Below are positions 49,648 through 63,520 of a stretch of 64,000 bases of DNA, one piece after another. Each line of letters begins with the position of its first letter. The stretch's first letter is position 1. Position numbers and translations under genes: made by a program. The notes under the pieces were generated by a model that was not told where the DNA came from, ran no database searches, and saw nothing but the letters and a program-made list of their open reading frames with translations. The stretch is from Camelus dromedarius (lineage: Eukaryota), in NCBI RefSeq assembly GCF_036321535.1, contig NC_087437.1, forward strand, positions 61,010,001 to 61,074,000, given 5' to 3'.

Positions 49648-51312
49648 TGTGATTCTTAAAGTGTGGTCTGGGAGTCCCTGATGCCCCTTCAGGGGGTCTG
49701 TAAGATCAAAACTTTTTTCATAATGATACTAACAAGTTATTTGCCTTTTTCATTGTGTTGACATTTGGACTGATGATTCAGAAGCAGTGATATGACAAAC
49801 TGCTACATCTTAATTGAATCAGGACAGTGGCTCCAAACTGCTGCTACTCCATTGAATTCTTCACTGACATGCACTTACTGGCAATTAAAAAAAAAGCCAA
49901 TTTTACTTAATAATGTTCTTGATGAAGTAGTAAAATTAATTTTATTAAATCTTGATCCTTGAGTATACATTTTTAAACAACTCTGTTTGATGAAATAAGA
50001 TGTGTGCATAAAGCACTTCTGCATACTGAAGTATTGTTACTTTAAAGAAAAACACTTGTACAGTTATTTGAGGTGAAAACTAAACTAGCTGATTTTTTAT
50101 GGAACATTATTTTTCTTGAAAGATTACTGACAGACTGTAGTATATTAGACTTAGGCATTTGGGAGACATTTTCTTGAATGTGAACAAAGCCTGTTACTGC
50201 TTCAGGACAAACAACTGACATTTGTTACCAATGATTTAAGAAAAGAACAGAAAAAGCTTTCAGGCAGAAATCAGAATTTTAGAAAGTTTATGTCCATGAT
50301 TTTGAGCTTGATAGCTTCCCAATACTGGATTTCTGATGAGATTAGTGGTGATACTAACAGTTGATTTAAAAAAAATATGTATTGTATGATGAAATGGTTA
50401 CTACTTGGAATATTTGCATAACTCAGTGAACAAATATTTTCAAATGTCCAAAGCACAATATTACAAAATTGTGCATGGGTAAAAGATCTATTCAGATCTA
50501 TATATAAATAATCTACATTTACAATATAGATTAGATGTCTATTACTGTGTAACAAATTGCTTCCAAATTCAGCTTCCTGAAATGATAAACATTTGCTATA
50601 TCAGTTTCTGTGGGTCAGGAATCCAGGTGTGGCTTATCTGGGTGCCTCTGTTTAGGGTCTCTTGTAGGATGTAATCAGGATGTCAGCCAGAGCTTCCTCA
50701 GTTTGACTAGAGGAAGATCTTCTAAGCTCACTCATGTGGCTGTTGGTTGGCTGGAGATAACAGCTCCTTACTGTAGAGCAAGCGAGAGAGTCAGAGAGGG
50801 GCAGCCCAGGATGGAAGCCACCATCTTTTTGTAACCTAGTGTTGAAAGTGACATCCCATCACCACTGCTACATTCTGTTTGATCCTTCCCATCCTCAAGA
50901 TACTCACACACAGTTTATGAATACTGGGAGATAGGTATAATTGGGGGCCATCATAGTGTCTGTCTACCACATAGACCAGTGGTTTTCAATAGAGCAGAGT
51001 ATGAAAAGTTCATTGATAAGATTTCAGATTCCATGTTGCAGCTAACCTTTAAGAAACTACCACTGGTTGAGTTCTGGTGTATCAAAGGAAAATGTTCACA
51101 ATTATCTTAAAACACTATTAAAATACTCTTTCTTTTTCCTACTACATATCTGTGTGAAGCTGACTTTTAATTTTCTTCATGTACTTGAACTAAAGGGATG
51201 ACAGCAAATTGAATGCAGAAGCAAATCTACAAATTCACGTGTCTTCTCTTATACCAGTTATTAACAGAGATTTGTGAAAATGTGAAATAGTGCCACTCCT
51301 CTCATTGAATTT
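49648..51312. mobile_element. Charlie1-like hAT DNA transposon interrupted by an MLT1 LTR (~50526-50971)
   Basis: gtgattcttaaagtgtggtc ... cccttcagggggtctgtaagatcaaaact ... ttcataatgatactaac. Sequence resumes after the LTR with cagagtatgaaaagttcattgata ... aaccttt aagaaactaccact. Confidence 0.8.
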
Positions 51313-51711
51313 TGCTCTCTGTCTCTCTCACCTGTTCTGACTATGAAGCTCCTTTTGAATCTCTTTCAGTTCTTTGTAGCTTAACCTCTTTGACCTCAGT
51401 GACCAACACTTAAATGTGGGCAGTAGAGTAAGAGTACAGAGGACTGATGTTTACTTATAGCAGGTGGTTTGAAAGAGTCAGGAAACCACGTACTGAAGAG
51501 GCAGGCAGAAGTAATAATGGTCCTAGAGCTAGAGGTGTAATCTGAGAAGAGGTTCTTGGTTAAATTTAGGATGAAGAAAGGGGAAACAAATGGGAGCAGG
51601 TTATGAAGCCCAAGAAATCAAAGAGGGTGGTGACTGGAAAGCTAGCAATAAGAAGAAACTAGTATGAATCTCCAGGAGATTATGTCTGATAGAGAAGGGC
51701 TAAATGGTGGG

Positions 51712-51756
51712 GAGAGAGAGAGTGAGAGAGAGAGAGAGTGTGTGTGTGTGTGTGTG
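51712..51756. repeat. Compound (GA)n(GT)n microsatellite
   Basis: Directly visible in the sequence. Confidence 0.9.
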
Positions 51757-53307
51757 AAGTAATATAGAATATTAACTAACCTGCCTTTGGCAATTGAAAA
51801 GTAAAAGAAAACTACCTTTTATGTCCTACCTCCTGAATAATAATATGCTTTCTCAGGCAGCTATTCTATATCTTATCCTAAGATACTCTTACTTTCTTAA
51901 TTGTTATGGTTAAAGAGTATCTGGTAATGAGTTTATGAAGGCATTATTTGAGAGATTATATTATTCCTGTTAGAAACATACACTTTTAAAATAGGAACTC
52001 GATTAAAAATAATTCCAAGGTTGAAAAGAATAACATTTCTTGCTTCTTATTTATAAAGTTAAGGAGAGAAAAATAATGTAATATTTAAATCTTATACAGT
52101 TAAGTAGAAAAAATATAAAATAATTCATATAATTTAGTCAGTAAAATAAAGCAATTTAAATGTAAAATTCAATTTAAATTTTAAAATTCAGTGCAAAGCT
52201 GAGATATAGAAGTCTCTCATGTGTACCAAATTCCTTTTCCTAGAGATACTATTGTTATTCTTTAATATAAATACTGATACACATATGTGCAGAAGTGATA
52301 TATGGACACACAATGCTTTAAACAAATATGGAATTGTTTTCAACATGCTTCTCCATTTTTTGTTGTTTTTGTTTTGTTTTCCTTTTTACTCAGTAGTTCT
52401 TAGATTAAAAGAATTAACCTATATAATGGACAACACAGGCTGATGGGGAAGATGCTTTAACATGGGATAGGGGAACTTTTATAGTTTCTATCTAATCCTA
52501 CTATCTTAATTATTATTTGTTAACATGGAACATTGTTCTGGATACAAGTTGGCCAGGCTTGCCATAATCCGGCTTAATTACTGTTACCCATATTGAAAGA
52601 ATCATTAAATGTTCATATTTACTGTAGTGTATATAAATGACTTGGTAATATTTTTAGGTTCAAGAATATGTAATGTAGGAAAATAACATTTTGATTGTTG
52701 TTTTCTAAACTTTATCCATACAATACTTAAGGGTTGGATAATAGACAGTATACAAGGGTATCAGAAGACCTTGGCTCAGTTCACTTTTCCATAACAGTGG
52801 AAAAATGTTTTCCTCCAGAATTAAAAATGTTTTTTGGTGTTTATATTTCTACATGTGTATCCACTTACTAAGAGGTAGTTCTTAAATATTATGGTTTGGA
52901 ACTTACTCAAGCATTCTACCAAAGGGTATAGTCAGATCCCTTAGACTAACCTGAATTCGATATTTGCATAATATGTATGTAGTTTCATCACCATGGGGAG
53001 TCATCCTCAAAATCTTCCTTCCTATCTCTTTACACAGGTTTGGCCAAGTCTCCTTAACTGGGCCTTAATTTTCTTTTTTGTAAGACAAAATGGTTGGGTT
53101 GAAGATGGTTGGGTTAGTTATATATGAATGATCTGAAGGTTTTTTTTTTTTTTGAAGGTTTTTAAAATATGTTATTTTTTGAAGGAGAGCACCATTATGA
53201 ATCTGAGTGTCTTAAAATCAGAAATTCTTACAGATAAGGGTGTTTTTAGAATTGTTACAAACTTAATGTTTCAATTTTTGTATCAATTCTATGTTTTCCT
53301 CCTAAAG

Positions 53308-53373
53308 CTCCTAAAAGACGACGGCCTGCACGTTCAATATTTGATGGTTTCCGGGATTTTCAAACTGAAACTA
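53308..53373 (+). CDS. UBXN7: UBXN7 coding exon 4 (66 bp)
   Basis: AAG acceptor and GTAGGT donor; (A)PKRRRPARSIFDGFRDFQTET(I). Confidence 0.94.
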
Positions 53374-54581
53374 GTAGGTATCTATGGACCAGTTTATCAT
53401 CTTTCTCCTTCCCTCTCCCCTCCCTCCTTTCTCCCTCCTCTCCTCACCTTTCTCCCACAGGTAAAACCACAAGGTGGGAAAGTACCCACACACTCACCTA
53501 CAGATCAAGATCCTAGTTTGTTTTATATAATTTTTTTAAGAGAGATGATTAATATTAGGCCTGATAACTTTGAGGATTCTTATGAATTCAGTCTGTGATT
53601 AACAACACCCCCTTGAGCTGAATTGTTCCAAATTCAAAGCTACTTGGTTATAAAAGAGTAAGAGAGATGGATATAATGTAAGAAATTTGGTAATTTACAA
53701 ACTTAATCCATTTCTGATTGAGCACTTAAATTCTGACTATAATAAAATAAAATGATTTTCCTCAAGATCCTGATATCTGTCAATTAAAGGAATGACCACA
53801 GTGAAAATGGTTATTGTAAGGGATTGAAAAATAGGAGAAGAAAAAGCCACACTACCCAAAGCAGCCACTATTAAAATTTGGCTACGGTTAATTGGAATAG
53901 GTTTATATCTTTCTGTAGAATGAGTTAGAATAAGAATCTTGGCCTTCTACTTTTAATGGATTTAGTACTGATTTAGCAGTGGAATCCTAAAGAAAAAGAC
54001 AGTTATGTTTAGAGTATATGAGAAACTCTTGGACCATGTTTGATTTTGTAGTTGATTTATAATGAGCTCATTGAAGCACAGATAAGTTTTGTAACTTGAG
54101 ACAGTTGAAGTGGAACCCAGACTGACTCAGGTCATCCAGAAAGTCCTGTGCCCTTGCAGGAGAAAGTGACAACAGTGATCATTATCTCTCACTGCAAGAA
54201 TCTTTAAAGATAGGGAATGTAGTTAGAACTGTGGATAAATTAGGATGACTTTCAGAACTGGATAAATGGAGGTGAGTTTTGTCTCATGCTAAAATTAGTT
54301 TTGAGTACATGAAGGAAATATTTTCATTGGGTGACTCTTACATAATTTCTGCTTTTATCCTTACCTTTGAATTGAGAGCACCAAGTCTTAAGACTCCCAC
54401 CCTACCTCACTTTGTATATTTTTCAGAGTCAGCCTTAGATCTTTGCATTTGAGGTCAGGCACATTGTTCACTAGTTCTTGCAATTGATACCTGTTTGTTT
54501 GTTTGTTTGTTTTTTCAATGGCAAGATTCATGACTTCCATTTTATGGCTAACTGAAATTTTCTCCTCCACCTTTGTCGCAG

Positions 54582-54694
54582 TTCGGCAAGAACAGGAATT
54601 AAGAAATGGAGGAGCAATAGATAAGAAACTAACTACCCTTGCAGATTTATTCCGGCCACCCATTGACTTGATGCATAAAGGCAGCTTTGAAACA
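54582..54694 (+). CDS. UBXN7: UBXN7 coding exon 5 (113 bp)
   Basis: CAG acceptor and GTAAGT donor; (I)RQEQELRNGGAIDKKLTTLADLFRPPIDLMHKGSFET. Confidence 0.96.
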
Positions 54695-55038
54695 GTAAGT
54701 TGTTGGAGATTCTCTGAATCCTTTTGCATTTTCAATGGCACTTTTTTTTCTTTCTCAGCAAAAAAACAGTTTTCAGCATATGGAGAATTGGCATTTTAAT
54801 AAGTATGAGATACCTAGAAGGTTATATTGATTTACATTTCTGCTATGTAGATTTATATCTCTACTATGCAGTGTATGAGGTTGCCTGATAAAATCATTTT
54901 ATTAACCTTGTGATATCATTTTAGAATCTGCCATTTGATAGTTTTTTAAAAACCTTACTTTTAAAAGTTTATATATCTTTTATTACTACTGAGAATAGTG
55001 TGTGTGTGTGTTTGGCTATTTATGAATTGTTTGTAGGG

Positions 55039-55210
55039 TTTTTTTTGTTTTTTGGTTTTTTTGTTTGTTTGTTTATTTTGGCAGGAGGGAGGTAATTAGG
55101 TTTACTTTATTTATTTATTTATTTATTTTTCAGATGGAGGTCCTGGGGATTGAACCCAGGATCTCGTACATGCTAGGCAAGCACTCAACCACTGAGATAT
55201 ACCCTCCCCC
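55039..55210 (-). mobile_element. Vic-1-type SINE (long form)
   Basis: gggaggtaattaggttt ... ctggggattgaacccagg ... accactgagatataccctccccc. Confidence 0.9.
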
Positions 55211-58200
55211 TCTGTAGGTATCTTTTATCTGTATTCCTGTGGGGCTCCTTGTGTTAAAGGAATATCTCTGTAGTTGCAGAATATATTCTCCCTTAGTTCT
55301 TGACTTTAACTTAGCTGAAGCCAAAGAAAAGCTTTCCAGAGTGGGTTTATTTGATTGCTAAGCTATACGTTTAATGAAGGCAGAGGAACCATGTTTCTTT
55401 TTATTTTGGTAATCCTTGGGATCCAGTCTATAGCATTTAATAGGAGCACAGTATTTGTTGAATGGATGAGGTTAGTTAGGATTTTAAATATTTTTCTGTT
55501 GAGGTGTTCAAACAGTTGCTTTTGTGTGTTGACTAACATTATTAATGCTCTTTTGAATCAGAAGAGCTTTTCCATAGATGTGAATCATTTAAATGTCAGA
55601 TAAATCTTTTCTGTTAAGATAAAGTAGGCCAAACAAGTACTACAAAAATGATGTTAGTAGCTACACACTTGAAAGCGAATTGTGGTTGTTTGGTTTTTTA
55701 AAATTTTGTCCTTTAACATACTCATACTAACCTAAATTAAATATTTAGGACAAGAAATTTAACTGTAAGCTTGTTCTTTCTGAATTCTTTAATTTTCTGA
55801 ATTATAAAACTTGAAAATCTTTGGCTGCATGTAACTGTCCAAATGATGATGATTTGACCAAAAGTTTCTTTTTGTTGTGTAAATAAAGTATAGAGTTGAG
55901 AGAGTCTGGTATTCATTCATCAGCTCAAAGATACCAGGTTAGATGTTTTCTCAGTTTTCTTCATCTTTCTCTTGTGATCTTTATTTTTATATGGCAGCTC
56001 CCTGTCCTTTCTACTGTTCTGGTGATAATATAACCATTGAGAGAGAATAGCACAGTATGAAAGACAAAACATATCTGAGATTATTTTGATGTGCTAAATT
56101 TTCATTAGCTTCTGAATTCTCTGGGGCTTAACAAAATAACTCTGAACTTGGCTTATTTAATTTGGTCGCTTTGAACTCATAAAAACTGTTACTCTGCTGC
56201 TTATTCATTGAGGGAAATTGTGAATCTTTTTTGATATTGTCATCTGAAGTTTGATTCATTTTATTAACTTATGTCACCTTTTCTTTCTATTTCATGACCT
56301 ATAATTGTTTGCAATCTATTCATTTTTTCACTGATAATACTCAACTTTATTACTTACAATCTTTAAATGACATAAACATTCCCAGAAAAGATATCCATTA
56401 GTTTTATAAAAATTAAAGAGGTAATATACAAAATTAGTCATTGAAGCTTAGAGAGGTGAATGTTAAAAATTAGAGGGATACTCTGGCTGCTGAGGCAGGG
56501 CCCACAGGTTTGGGCACCATATTAGATGTAGATCTGATCCATAGTTCTACAGGATTAGAAACTAGACTTTCTTGGTGTAATTAGAGGTAGACCATGTTCA
56601 AGGATTCTGGGTCATACTAACCAAATGAGAGACTGACTAGTTCACTTGTTCATTTAGTAAATATTTAGCAAGGCCTCCTATTGCAAGGCCTTGTTCTAGG
56701 GGATAGGGATTGTATTTGTTGGGATAAAGATGTAACTAGGTGTGAGAGAGACCAGGAATAAAACAATAGCTTAAAGAAGATAGAAGTACATGCTGATAGG
56801 ATGGTTCTGCTCTAGGAAGATATTAAGAGTGCAGTTTTTTCTGTCTTACTCTGCTTTCCTTAGTTCTTGCTTGCCTTTGTCTACAAGATTTAAAGTGGCT
56901 TACTACCATGTTTGCTTTCCAGCTAGTATGAAGGAGGGAAATGGCTGAGAAGGGTATACCTTTCCATTTAAAGGCACAACCAAGAAGTTTTACACATTAC
57001 TTCTCACAACCCACTGACTGGAACTTGGCAACATGGCCACACCTAGTTGCAAAGGTGCACTCAGAAATCAAGATGCCTAGCTGAAAATTGGAGATTCTGT
57101 TACTAAGAAGGAGAAGGGGAAAATGGGTATTTGACACCTTTACTCAGTTTCTGCTACAAGGAGGTAATAGTAAACAAATTTGCTATCAAGGAATTTAGTC
57201 TCGAGTGAGAAAGACTATAAACAAATAAAAAAAAAACAAAACCTATATAGCATATTTAGTATGTATTTTCTAGAGAGAGGGAAATTTCAGTTTTTAGTAG
57301 TTACTGGGAGAAGGAATAAAATAGAGTAAGGGAAGAGGAGAGAGAGGACTGTTTGGGGTCATTAAGGTGCATGTGTTCTTACAGGCAAATTGAAAGCAAG
57401 TTTGATTTCATAGGTTTCACATGTTTATAACTGTGATGAGAGAAGATTTATTTTAGATAGGAAGATCAGGAAAGATTTCTGAAAGAATGAGATTTGAGTA
57501 GAAACCTGAATGAAGTGAGAGAATGTAAATGATAGAAAGGTCTAGGGGAAGAACAGAAAAACAGTTAAGTGTAAAGGTACTGATGTTTGATGTTGGCAAG
57601 AGCATGGGCTTATTTCTTGTATAGTCAAGGAAACCGGTGTAGTTGGAGCTGAGTGACCAAGGCCCTTGGGATGAATAATCTGACCTGGGCAAGGGAACAT
57701 TTCATAGGTTTTTCTTCTTTCCCCATTACTATGTAAGTTCCATGAATACAGAGATTTTGTTTTATTTACTGTTTTGTATCCACAGTAGCTAGAAGAGTGT
57801 CTGGCATGTAACTGGCTCTTATTAAATCTTCATTAAATGATTGAATGGCATAAACTGGAATGTACTGTACAAAAGAATCAGAACAATTTCCATAATATTT
57901 ATTGTTTTTATAAAAATGCATATTTATTTGTTAAAATTGCCATTCAGTTGCATACGCACCTGGCCCTACTAAGAGTACTTTGTTAATTTCAAAAGTACTT
58001 GCTCTAAATGCAAATAAAAGTATTTGCTAAAATTTAAAGAACTGATTCAATAACAAAATATGTAAGATAAAATTTTTCTAAATAACTTTAGATATAGCTT
58101 ACATTTAGTTTTATTCAAATTAGGCAAAAGTTATATAAAAATTAAAAACTAGCAAGGAAAAATAATAACCATAATTTGCCTTAAAATGTACTGTGCATAT

Positions 58201-60208
58201 TTTAATGTATTTCCTTTTTGACTTTATGCATATATATTTATTGAAACAAATTATTTTTTCCTCTGTATCCTCTATTCATACTTTCCTGATCTGTTTGGGA
58301 CTAGGAGAGATGTTAGTCTCCCACTATTTTTCCCTTATCATCAGATAAACCCTATCACGTATCTCTTTATTTGATATAGCTGCACTTGCCATTGGATCTC
58401 CCTATAATGGCTTTTGAATATTGATTCAGAACAGCCTAATGGATACCAAGAGGAAAGGTTCATTATTTGTCCCATGACCCACTTTCACTTCTAGTCATTG
58501 ACTCATGTAAATTAGTATACTTAGATTGTATAAGATTCTCTTACATTCCCTCCAAATATTGTTGCTTTGCGTGAAATTTGTGTCTTTGGGCCCTTCCTAC
58601 TAGAAATTATTTAAGAGCATCTTCAGTTTCTTTTGCTGGTGTAAGGTTTCTCCCAATGTAATAAGCTTCATGAAGGCAGGGATTTTTGTTTTAGTAACTG
58701 CTCTAAGTCCAACATCTATAACTACCTGAAACATGGTAGATACTCAGTAAATATCTGTTGAAGGAATGCATTTGAGTTAAAGCATTAATGTGAATAAATG
58801 AATTTTTCAGAACAAAAGCAAATGACTCTCTATTGTTTTTAAACTCTGGACTTTCATTATTTTTCAGTGTTACACATTTTTTTGGTCAGTGCTGTAGTGG
58901 AGGCAGACTTAGTAAATTTTCCTTGTTATAGGGTAGTCCTGTACTCTTCAGTCTGTTTCTCTAGAATGTGTATTAAGTTTTTTCTTTATTCTCAAACACT
59001 TTTTCTTCAATTAAGGCAGTATAATTACTCATTTATTAAATCTGTGTGCTTGCTATAGACAAGAAAGTAAGTGGAATACTATTACTTCCTTATTTTATTA
59101 TCTTTGTATCTTAAAAAATAAGCTTTTGTAGAGTTAATTGCAGCTTCCTGGCTCAATATAGGGATACTTCCTTTTAGAACTTGGGTTTTCACCTGTGGAA
59201 CCAGTAGTGAGTATTAGAAAATTATTTTCTCTAGGGGATTCATACAGAAAAATAGAATAACAATTTTTGTAAGATTGTTTAAACTTTCTTAAAACAGAAG
59301 ATAGCCTAACATTCTCCAATACCTCCAAAATGATACGTGTTCTTCAATTGTTATTAACCTGAGTTAGTTGATTCTTAAGATTTTCCCATGTCAGAGTGAT
59401 TTGGAAAAGAATATGGTTCCAAGACAAAATTATTCAAAGCTCTGGTATTCATTTCATTGTTTCTGTGCAAAGGTTTGAGGTAGCATTTGCTCATTTGCTT
59501 TTCTGCCATTCTTTTCCAGTTCAGCAATATTTCTTAGGTCTTTATGGTGATAAGGAAGTATGAGGCAAAAAATACGCACTCATGGTTGATATTTGTGCTA
59601 TAAATTGGGGAGTCTTTTTGAGATCATTCTGAAACATTCTTTGATCTGTGATTTCAATTTTGAAATATATTCCCAGGAAAACAATCCCGAGAGAAAAAAC
59701 CCTGAGCAGCTTTTACTGAAAAATTTAGAGTGATTCTGTAAAATAGCATGTGCGTAATAATTGAAATGAATATAGTATTTGGAAATATGTATAGAAGTGA
59801 TGTTAAAGAAAATAAAACAACATAAACTGATATATAGACAGTGGTTACAACTATTAAAAAGGTGTATTTGTGGATAGGAATTAGAAGAGAAAATTCAGTA
59901 GAATTATGTGACTTGTTGGCCTTGTTTTTGGAATCAATAAAAAAATCCAGCCACTGTAGCAAATAACAGTGGATAAAAGAAAACTAGTTCATTTCAATCT
60001 GAAACATACTTGAATATAGATGGTATAATTATATACGCACATGCAAGGTAATGTAATTAATGTTTAGATTCTAAAAATTCTAGGTGTCATACTTAAGGGG
60101 AAAAACTGTGTATTTGTATGAAAAGAGGGCATCTTCTGAATTCTGAACCATATCAGTTACCAAGTAGAAGATGTTTTTAACAAACGTTATGTAACTTTAC
60201 TCTTACAG

Positions 60209-60355
60209 GCCAAAGAGTGTGGCCAGATGCAGAATAAGTGGCTGATGATAAACATTCAAAATGTACAAGACTTTGCATGCCAGTGCCTCAACCGTGACGT
60301 ATGGAGCAATGAAGCTGTGAAGAATATTATCCGAGAACATTTCATTTTCTGGCAG
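60209..60355 (+). CDS. UBXN7: UBXN7 coding exon 6 (147 bp, UAS thioredoxin-like domain)
   Basis: CAG acceptor and GTGGGG donor; AKECGQMQNKWLMINIQNVQDFACQCLNRDVWSNEAVKNIIREHFIFWQ. Confidence 0.96.
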
Positions 60356-60628
60356 GTGGGGAGAGTTAGCAAAAAAATTTCTGTAGTATTTTCCTTTGGT
60401 AGTGTGGGAGGCCAGGGAGGAGGAATTGGATTATAAACTAGAAAAAAATTAATAACTGAGTTAAATTATGACATATGAAAAAGTAAAACCATCCATAATG
60501 ACTGAATATAGTAAGGACAAGTCATAGTTAGGGTAGCAATGAAGGGAAGGAGGGAAAAAAAGAACCAAGCCATGTAAACCATATAATATTTGTATCTCAG
60601 AAGAGTTTGAGCATCTTGATAGAGTATA

Positions 60629-60908
60629 CAGCTGTACTGTTCAATAGAACTATAATGTGATTTAAAATATTCTAGTAGCCACATATTAAAAAATCAAAAG
60701 AAAAAGGTGAAATTAATTTTATTTTTAAAGTCAGTGTATCTAATATAAAAGTAATATTAAAATATTAATGAGGTGTTTTGATTTTTTTTTGGTGTTAAGC
60801 CTTCAGGATCTGGTATATGTTTTACACCAACAGTACAGCTGTTTGGACTAGTCACATTTATAATGCTAGCAGTAGCACATGTTCTAGTGTCTACTATAAT
60901 TGATAGTG
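60629..60908. mobile_element. MER3/MER33-like hAT-Charlie MITE
   Basis: ctgttcaatagaact ... ttctagtagccacatattaaaaa ... ggactagtcacatttataatgct. Confidence 0.7.
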
Positions 60909-61099
60909 TTGTAGAAGATCTTGAAATAATCAAAAAACATTTGACTAAGACTTGCATTTTAGCTTAAGTTTGACAGTCTTTAACTATATGTCCTTAAACT
61001 TGTCACTCAGTCTTCCTGGCTATTTCTTTTTATATAAATTTTCCAAGCTAAAGGTAGATGATCTTGCTCCAATTTTTTATTTTATGAAAAATTATGGAA

Positions 61100-62693
61100 C
61101 AAATCAATCAGTGTGATACACCACATTAACAAATTGAAGAATAGAAACCATATGAACATCTGAATAGATGCAGAAAAGCCTTTTGATAAAATTCAGCATC
61201 ATTTGTGATAAAAACTCTCCAGAAAGTGGGCATACAAAGAACATACCCCTACAAAATAAGGGTCATGTATGACAAACCCACAGCTAACATCATACTCAAT
61301 AGTGAGAAGCTGAAAACTTTCCTTCTAAGATCAAGAACAAGACAAGGATCCTCACTCTCGCCACTTTCGTTCTATACAGTTTTGGAAGTCCTAGCCAAAG
61401 CAGTCAGAGAAGGAAAAGAAAGAAAAAGAAATCAAATTGGAAAAGAAATAAAACTGTCACTGTTTGCAAATGTGATACTCTACGTAGAATACCCTAAAGA
61501 TGCTACCAGAAAACTGCTAGAGCTCATCAGTGAATTCAGTGAAGTTGTAGGATACAAAGTTAACATACAGAAATCTGTTATATTTCTATACACTAATAAC
61601 GAAATATCAGAAAGAAATAAAGGGAACAGTCCCATTTACCATTGCATCAGAGGATAAAATACCTAGGAATAAACTTACCTAAAGAGGCAAAAGACCTATA
61701 CTGTGAAAATTATAAGATGCTGAAGATAGAAATTGAAGTGAACACTAATGGATGGAAAATATGTTGTGTTCTTGGATTGGAATAATCAATATTGCTAAAA
61801 TGACCACACTACCAAGGAAATCCACAGATTCAGTATAATCCCTATTAGAATACCAGTGGCATTTTTCACAGAACTAGAACCAAAAATGTTTAAATTTGTA
61901 TAGAAACACAAAAGACCTCGAATAGCCAAAACAAACTTGAGAAAAAAGAGTAGAACTGGAGGAATCATGCTCCCGGACTTCAGACGACATTACAAGAAAA
62001 ATCAGTAACCAGGACAATATGGTACTGGCACAAAAACAGACACATAGATCAGTGGAACAGGATAGAGAGCTCAGAAATAAACCCACTCACTTATGGTCAA
62101 TTAATCTACAACAAAGGAGGCAAGAATATACACTGGAGAAAAGACAATCTCTTCAATAAATGGCGCTGGGAAAACTGGACAGCTATGTGTGAAAGAATGA
62201 AATTAGAACATTCTCTAACACCATATACAAAAATAAACTCAAAACAGATTAGACATATTTAGACGAGATACTATAAAACCCCTAGAGAAAAAATATAGAC
62301 AAAACACACACACACACACTCTCACAATGGGATATTACTCAGCCATGAAAAATAAAATAATGCCATTTTCAGCAACATAGATGAACCTGGAGATTATCAT
62401 ACTAAGTGAAGTAAATCAGAGAAAGACAAATATCATATAATATTGCTTATATGTGGAATCTAAAAAAATGATACAAATGAACTTATTTATAAGACAGAAA
62501 TAGATTCACAGACATAGAAAATAAACATGGTTACCAAAGGGGAAAGAAGGGTGGGGAGGGATAAATCAGGAGTTTGGGGTTAACAGATACTATATATAAT
62601 ATAGATAAACAACAAGGACCTACTGTGTGACACAGGAAAGTATATTCAATATCTTGTGAAAAACTATAATGGAAAAGAATCTGAAAAAGAATA

Positions 62694-62728
<35 letters not shown>

Positions 62729-62799
62729 CTGAATCACTTCATTGTACACCTGAAACTAGCACAGCATTGTAAATCAACTATACTTCAGTTTTAAAAAAA
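61100..62799 (+). mobile_element. 5'-truncated L1 with a degenerate ORF2 reverse-transcriptase region and an internal deletion
   Basis: The ORF at 61205-61657 reads [34 protein letters not shown] (degenerate FADD motif). Frameshifts present; the 3' tail ends at ~62799. Confidence 0.92.
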
Positions 62800-63080
62800 G
62801 GATAGTTAGAAACTTCTGAATGAACTTAATTTTCTTCACACTACAAGGTATGCTATTAATGTTAGTAATTTGCCTCTTCATGTTTTATATTCCCCTAAAT
62901 TCAGTATGTTTTTTTCTGAATGGTAACCTTTTATACAGTGACTGTTGTTTGAGCATCTCTTTGCCTAGCACTATGCTAGGCACTTGAGTTTATAATCTTA
63001 ATATATTGTGATTTATTAAGATGTATGTGGTTGAGAGTCAGGAGTGATGTAGGTGGGCAGAGAATTTGGAAAGGAAGAAT

Positions 63081-63244
63081 GGGGAGGGTATAGCTCAAGT
63101 GGTAGAGCACATGTTTAGCATGCTTGAGGTCATGGGTTTAATCTCCTATATCCCCTCTAAAAATAAAACCTAATTACCTTCCCTTGCCAAGATAAGATAG
63201 AATAAAATATACAATAGTAAATGAATGAATAAAATATTAAAAAA
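63081..63244 (+). mobile_element. Vic-1-type SINE (long form)
   Basis: GGGGAGGGTATAGCTCAAGTGGTAGAGCACATG ... AAAACCTAATTACC plus A-rich tail. Confidence 0.9.
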
Positions 63245-63520
63245 GAAAGAAAGGGCAATACCTCTTTTCTTCTGAACTGGGAAGGGAGGAAGAATGAATT
63301 GCTATGTTTATGTAAATTTCCAGAAGTGACTAAGGGCAGGAAGTGGAGGGAGTTCGCACCAGGTAACCTTCATTTCCTCTTTAATGGAGGAGTGAGATCC
63401 TAACATATACCAAAGGTGTTTTTGGAGAATTAATTGCTGTTGGTATATAACAAGAATATAGTTGGTACTTTTTTAAGATGCTGATTTATTTTATATATAT
63501 ATATATCAATGACTTAACAG

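Noticed and set aside
61205..61657. Active reverse transcriptase gene
   Set aside because: Truncated L1 ORF2 with the catalytic FADD motif degenerated to FANV, plus frameshifts and a deletion.
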